Source: Candidatus Versatilivorator sp.
GTDB taxonomy: Bacteria; Acidobacteriota; Terriglobia; Versatilivoradales; Versatilivoraceae
NCBI GenBank assembly: GCA_965207735.1
Contig: OZ242296.1
Location: 4,832,001-4,896,000 of the forward strand
Length of the DNA stretch: 64,000 bases
Reading direction: 5' to 3'
Positions 61,081 through 64,000 of this stretch are shown here, in pieces. The position numbers were made by a program, and so were the translations under genes. Positions within the stretch are counted from its first letter, which is position 1; every line of letters begins with the position of its first letter. The notes beneath the pieces were generated by a model. That model did no database searches and was not told the origin of the DNA. It saw only the letters and a program-made list of their open reading frames with translations.

Positions 61081-61716
61081 TCACCCGGATCGAACCGCGG
61101 CCGCGGGGGCGGCCTCTATCCGCATCAGGTAGTCCAGGCAAAGCTGGGACCAGGTCTCCAGTTGCGGGCGGCGCCGCAGCAGTTGCTTGAGGGTGAGGAA
61201 GCGAAGGTCGGTGATACAGCCCTCTCTCTTGGTGACTTCCCGGTCATCCAGCCGGCAGAGGTGCACGATTCCCAGATGGACCCGCCCCACCGGCGTGGAA
61301 TCGTCGTTGAGAAGGCCCACCGGCTGGGTTGGGAAAATGCCGTCCAGGGAGAGTTCTTCCGAGAGTTCGCGCTGCAGGGCCGCCTCATAGAACTCCCGTC
61401 CACGATGGAACAGGCTTTCGTCCTCAGGATTGATGTGGCCGCCAATTCCGATCGAACCCATGTGGACCAGCCGCTTTTCCCCCGAGGCTTTTCCCCGGAC
61501 GTAGTGCAGCCAGCGGTCGCCCTTCCGGATCAGCACATAGGGAATCAGTTGCTTGAATTCAGGGTCCTGCTCGGCCTTGGACCTGGGCCGGAAACGGCTA
61601 TTGCGGGGATCCAGCAGCGCCTCCAGTCGGGCTTCCACCTCGGGTTGAAAACCTTGCCCGATCTCCAATGTCTGCAGCAATCGGCTCGGGACTCCCAGGA
61701 CCATCTCGTCCTTCAT
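61081..61716 (-). CDS. NUDIX-like phosphoesterase
   Basis: AEQDPEFKQLIPY, SIGIGGHIN, RELSEE, VGRVHLG, LETWSQ. Confidence 0.85.
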   Translation of the reverse strand: MKDEMVLGVPSRLLQTLEIGQGFQPEVEARLEALLDPRNSRFRPRSKAEQDPEFKQLIPYVLIRKGDRWLHYVRGKASGEKRLVHMGSIGIGGHINPEDESLFHRGREFYEAALQRELSEELSLDGIFPTQPVGLLNDDSTPVGRVHLGIVHLCRLDDREVTKREGCITDLRFLTLKQLLRRRPQLETWSQLCLDYLMRIEAAPAAAVRSG

Positions 61717-61861
61717 GACGCTCCCCGCTCAGAAACGCAGGCTTGAGGTTAGGTAGGATCCCCGGGAAATGCAACCTTGAATTTGCCTGCCGGCGCTCCC
61801 AATAAGCGGGCATCGCTTGACATCGTTACACCAAGGCCTAGAAATCATGTTCCCTGGCGCC

Positions 61862-62226
61862 ACCCCCCACCGCATCAGCCTTCGCCATTCGGCGCTGCCG
61901 TTCGGAGGCGCCGCGTTGGCCCCCCTCCGCATCAGCCTTCGCCATTCGGCTCGGCTTCTGCGACTCCCCCTCAAGGGGGGAGTGATATCCGTGTTATGAA
62001 GAGGGAACGGAGTTTATGCGTTAGACCGGAAACATGGTTTACATCCTGCCCAGGAATGGGGCAAGAAGCCATGTGCAAGCCTCAAGTATCACTCCCCCCT
62101 TGAGGGGGAGTCGGCGAGAGGGCGGAGCCCGCTGTCGAGCCGGAGGGGGGCAAGCTCGGCGTCGCGAGAGGGCTCCGCCCGCAGTCGATCCGGAGGGGGG
62201 CAAACGCGGCGCTCCGTGAGTGACTG
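61862..62226. repeat. Composite palindromic repeat element, copy 2 (inverted relative to 32552-32907)
   Basis: Same hairpins, core and GCCGAATGGCGAAGGCTGATGCGG duplications. Confidence 0.85.
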
Positions 62227-62270
62227 TCGGTGGTATGGGCCGGGGCCGCGGCTGTGCTATATTGCCAAAT

Positions 62271-62367
62271 GGAGGCGAAAAGGGTCTGGTGACTCTCCTG
62301 GTCTTCAAAACCTGTGCGTCGCGACGATGTCGGGACGGGTGGGTTCGATTCCCACACGCCTCCGCCA
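62271..62367 (+). tRNA. selC: tRNA-Sec (anticodon TCA)
   Basis: 97 nt; GGAGGCG/CGCCTCC acceptor stem, anticodon loop CTTCAAA, long variable arm, GTTCGATT, GCCA end; TGCTATATT extended -10-like element upstream. Confidence 0.93.
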
Positions 62368-62395
62368 GCCCCCTCCGAAGCTCCCGCCATGCTCG

Positions 62396-62494
62396 CTAGA
62401 CCGTAGTGACCGCTACGCTTTTCGCTCTCGAGCACGCGCTGAGGGAAAAATTCCTGCGCCATGATCACACCCCCTGGTAAGAAATGCGGGCAAG
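62396..62494 (+). repeat. 99-bp dispersed element, copy 2
   Basis: CTAGACCGTAGTGAC...TAAGAAATGCGGGCAAG; matches 41050-41148. Confidence 0.85.
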
Positions 62495-62508
62495 AGCTTG
62501 AAGCGCTC

Positions 62509-64000
62509 ATGGAAGCCGAGCGGTCTCGCCCCTGGGCGCGGACTCCGGCGCGGGAACTGGCCGGCCGGCTGTTCGCAGTGGCTGAGGCCTTTTACACCCG
62601 GGGGGACGCCCTGGCCGCGGAGACCGCGGATCGGATGGAGGTGTCTCCGGCGTCAGTCTGGTTCGAGTCCATTTTCCCCGCGGTGTGGGGCCTGCTTTCC
62701 ACCGCGTCGTTTCTGAAGTCCCTCGAGGGCTCGCTGGGCGAAATTGTCGTCTCGGAGCCGACACCCACCGAGGACTTTGCCGGGTCGCCGGCGGTGCGGC
62801 TGCTTCCCGCCAACGCGTTCCAACGCCTGCTCTTGCCCGGTTTTTCGGGGCATGTCCTGCTGCGTCCGTCCCGGAGCCTGCCGCCAAGGAAGTCTTCCTC
62901 CGAGCAACTGGCCCTTTGCCTGCTGCCTTTCAATCTGGCCGGCATCGGAGCCCTGGACATCCTTCATCTGCTTTGCCACGGCCCCAGCAGGGTTCTGGCC
63001 AAGGTCTCCGAGAAGGCTCCTTTTCTCAAAGCTCACCTTGAAAAAATTTTTGCACCTCTGGTGTCGTGTGGCGCCCTGTCGTTTGTCCAGGGCGGCCCCG
63101 ACACCGGGGCGGGCCTGGCGGCCCGTCCCGAGTTCGACCGGATTCACCTGACCGGCAGTGCGCGCACGGCCGCCGCGGTGGAGGCCATCGCCGGAGAGGA
63201 CAAGGTTACCTGCGAACTGGGAGGGGTGACCCCGGCCATCGTCCTTCCCGAGGTGGGACGGGACAGGCGTCTCTTGCGGCAGGTGGCGCGGCAGGTGGTT
63301 TTCGGAGCCCTGGCCAACAACGGGCAGCACTGCGTCAGCTATCAGGTGGTCCTGGTCCCGGATTCCCTGCGGGCCGCGCTGGGCCAGGCGCTGGCCAGGG
63401 AAATGGCGCTGGTGTCTCGGACCGGGGGTCCGGCCGGGCACCATCGGCTGTTGATCGATGAGGCGGCGTCCTCCCGGACGGCGGCCATGGTCGAGGACGC
63501 CCGCCGTCTGGGAGCCACGCTGAATTCGTTCGGGGAGAATGCCGGGGGACGCCGCTTCCCTGTGACGCTCCTGAGCGGAATCACCGAAGAGATGAGGCTC
63601 TATCGCGAGGAGTCCTTCGGTCCGGTGTTGGGCCTGGCGAGCCTGCCCGACAGGGGGTTCAGCCAGACGGCTCTCTCCCGGGTCAATCAGTCGGGTCTGA
63701 CAGGCGACTTGGGCGCCTCGGTGTTTACACCGTTTTCGGATTCGGAATCCGTCAAGCAATTGGCTCGCCGCCTCAAGCACGGGGTGGTGGCCATCAACAG
63801 CTATCCCGGCGTGGCCTACGCCACCACTCTGCCCTGGGGCCCCGGTCCCGGGCAGGCGAGCGGCCGGGGCTGGGTGCACAATTTCCGGTTCCTTGACGAG
63901 TCCCGAATGGAGAAGGTGGTGCTGGCGGCGCCGCTGGGAAGGAAGGGCCTGGGGCCGGTAGCCTGGGAGGACCCCTGGCTACCCAACGTGGCGGGTCGCA
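62509..64000 (+). CDS. Aldehyde dehydrogenase family protein (3'-partial; absent from the ORF track)
   Basis: Own translation: LPFN, IHLTGS, CELGG, NNGQHC catalytic Cys, EESFGP; open to window end. Confidence 0.85.
   Translation, partial: MEAERSRPWARTPARELAGRLFAVAEAFYTRGDALAAETADRMEVSPASVWFESIFPAVWGLLSTASFLKSLEGSLGEIVVSEPTPTEDFAGSPAVRLLPANAFQRLLLPGFSGHVLLRPSRSLPPRKSSSEQLALCLLPFNLAGIGALDILHLLCHGPSRVLAKVSEKAPFLKAHLEKIFAPLVSCGALSFVQGGPDTGAGLAARPEFDRIHLTGSARTAAAVEAIAGEDKVTCELGGVTPAIVLPEVGRDRRLLRQVARQVVFGALANNGQHCVSYQVVLVPDSLRAALGQALAREMALVSRTGGPAGHHRLLIDEAASSRTAAMVEDARRLGATLNSFGENAGGRRFPVTLLSGITEEMRLYREESFGPVLGLASLPDRGFSQTALSRVNQSGLTGDLGASVFTPFSDSESVKQLARRLKHGVVAINSYPGVAYATTLPWGPGPGQASGRGWVHNFRFLDESRMEKVVLAAPLGRKGLGPVAWEDPWLPNVAGR

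Noticed and set aside
56075-64000. Selenoprotein genes near selC
   Set aside because: No in-frame TGA at a catalytic position noticed; ALDH has a normal Cys

Overview
GC-rich bacterial chromosome segment. Gene content and order look Acidobacteriota-like, and the eukaryote-like repeat proteins and high IS/TA load suggest a host-associated symbiont; both points are inference. The housekeeping backbone is trpE-G-D-C-F-B-A with chorismate mutase, scoAB, efp/pepP, GT2/GT-C, an NtrC-type regulator, nadK, modABC, lpxL-lpxB with an M1-like/TPR protein, a GAF-ANTAR protein, FprA-like reductase, tRNA-Sec and an aldehyde dehydrogenase. Accessory DNA includes a 1979-aa cadherin/M14-peptidase/LRR mosaic protein, an LRR protein split by an IS1634, a subtilase with an uncharacterised C-terminal module, three IS elements with visible ends, three type II toxin-antitoxin pairs and several MITE/REP-like repeat families. 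The most striking observation is an ORF-less group II intron (58450-59318, minus strand). Its predicted EBS1/EBS2 guide sequences are complementary to a 16-17 nt intergenic motif (TAGCCCGYATTTCTCA) that recurs about 7 times in the window, often at gene ends and next to TA modules. This suggests a non-autonomous ribozyme specialised for a dispersed repeat family.
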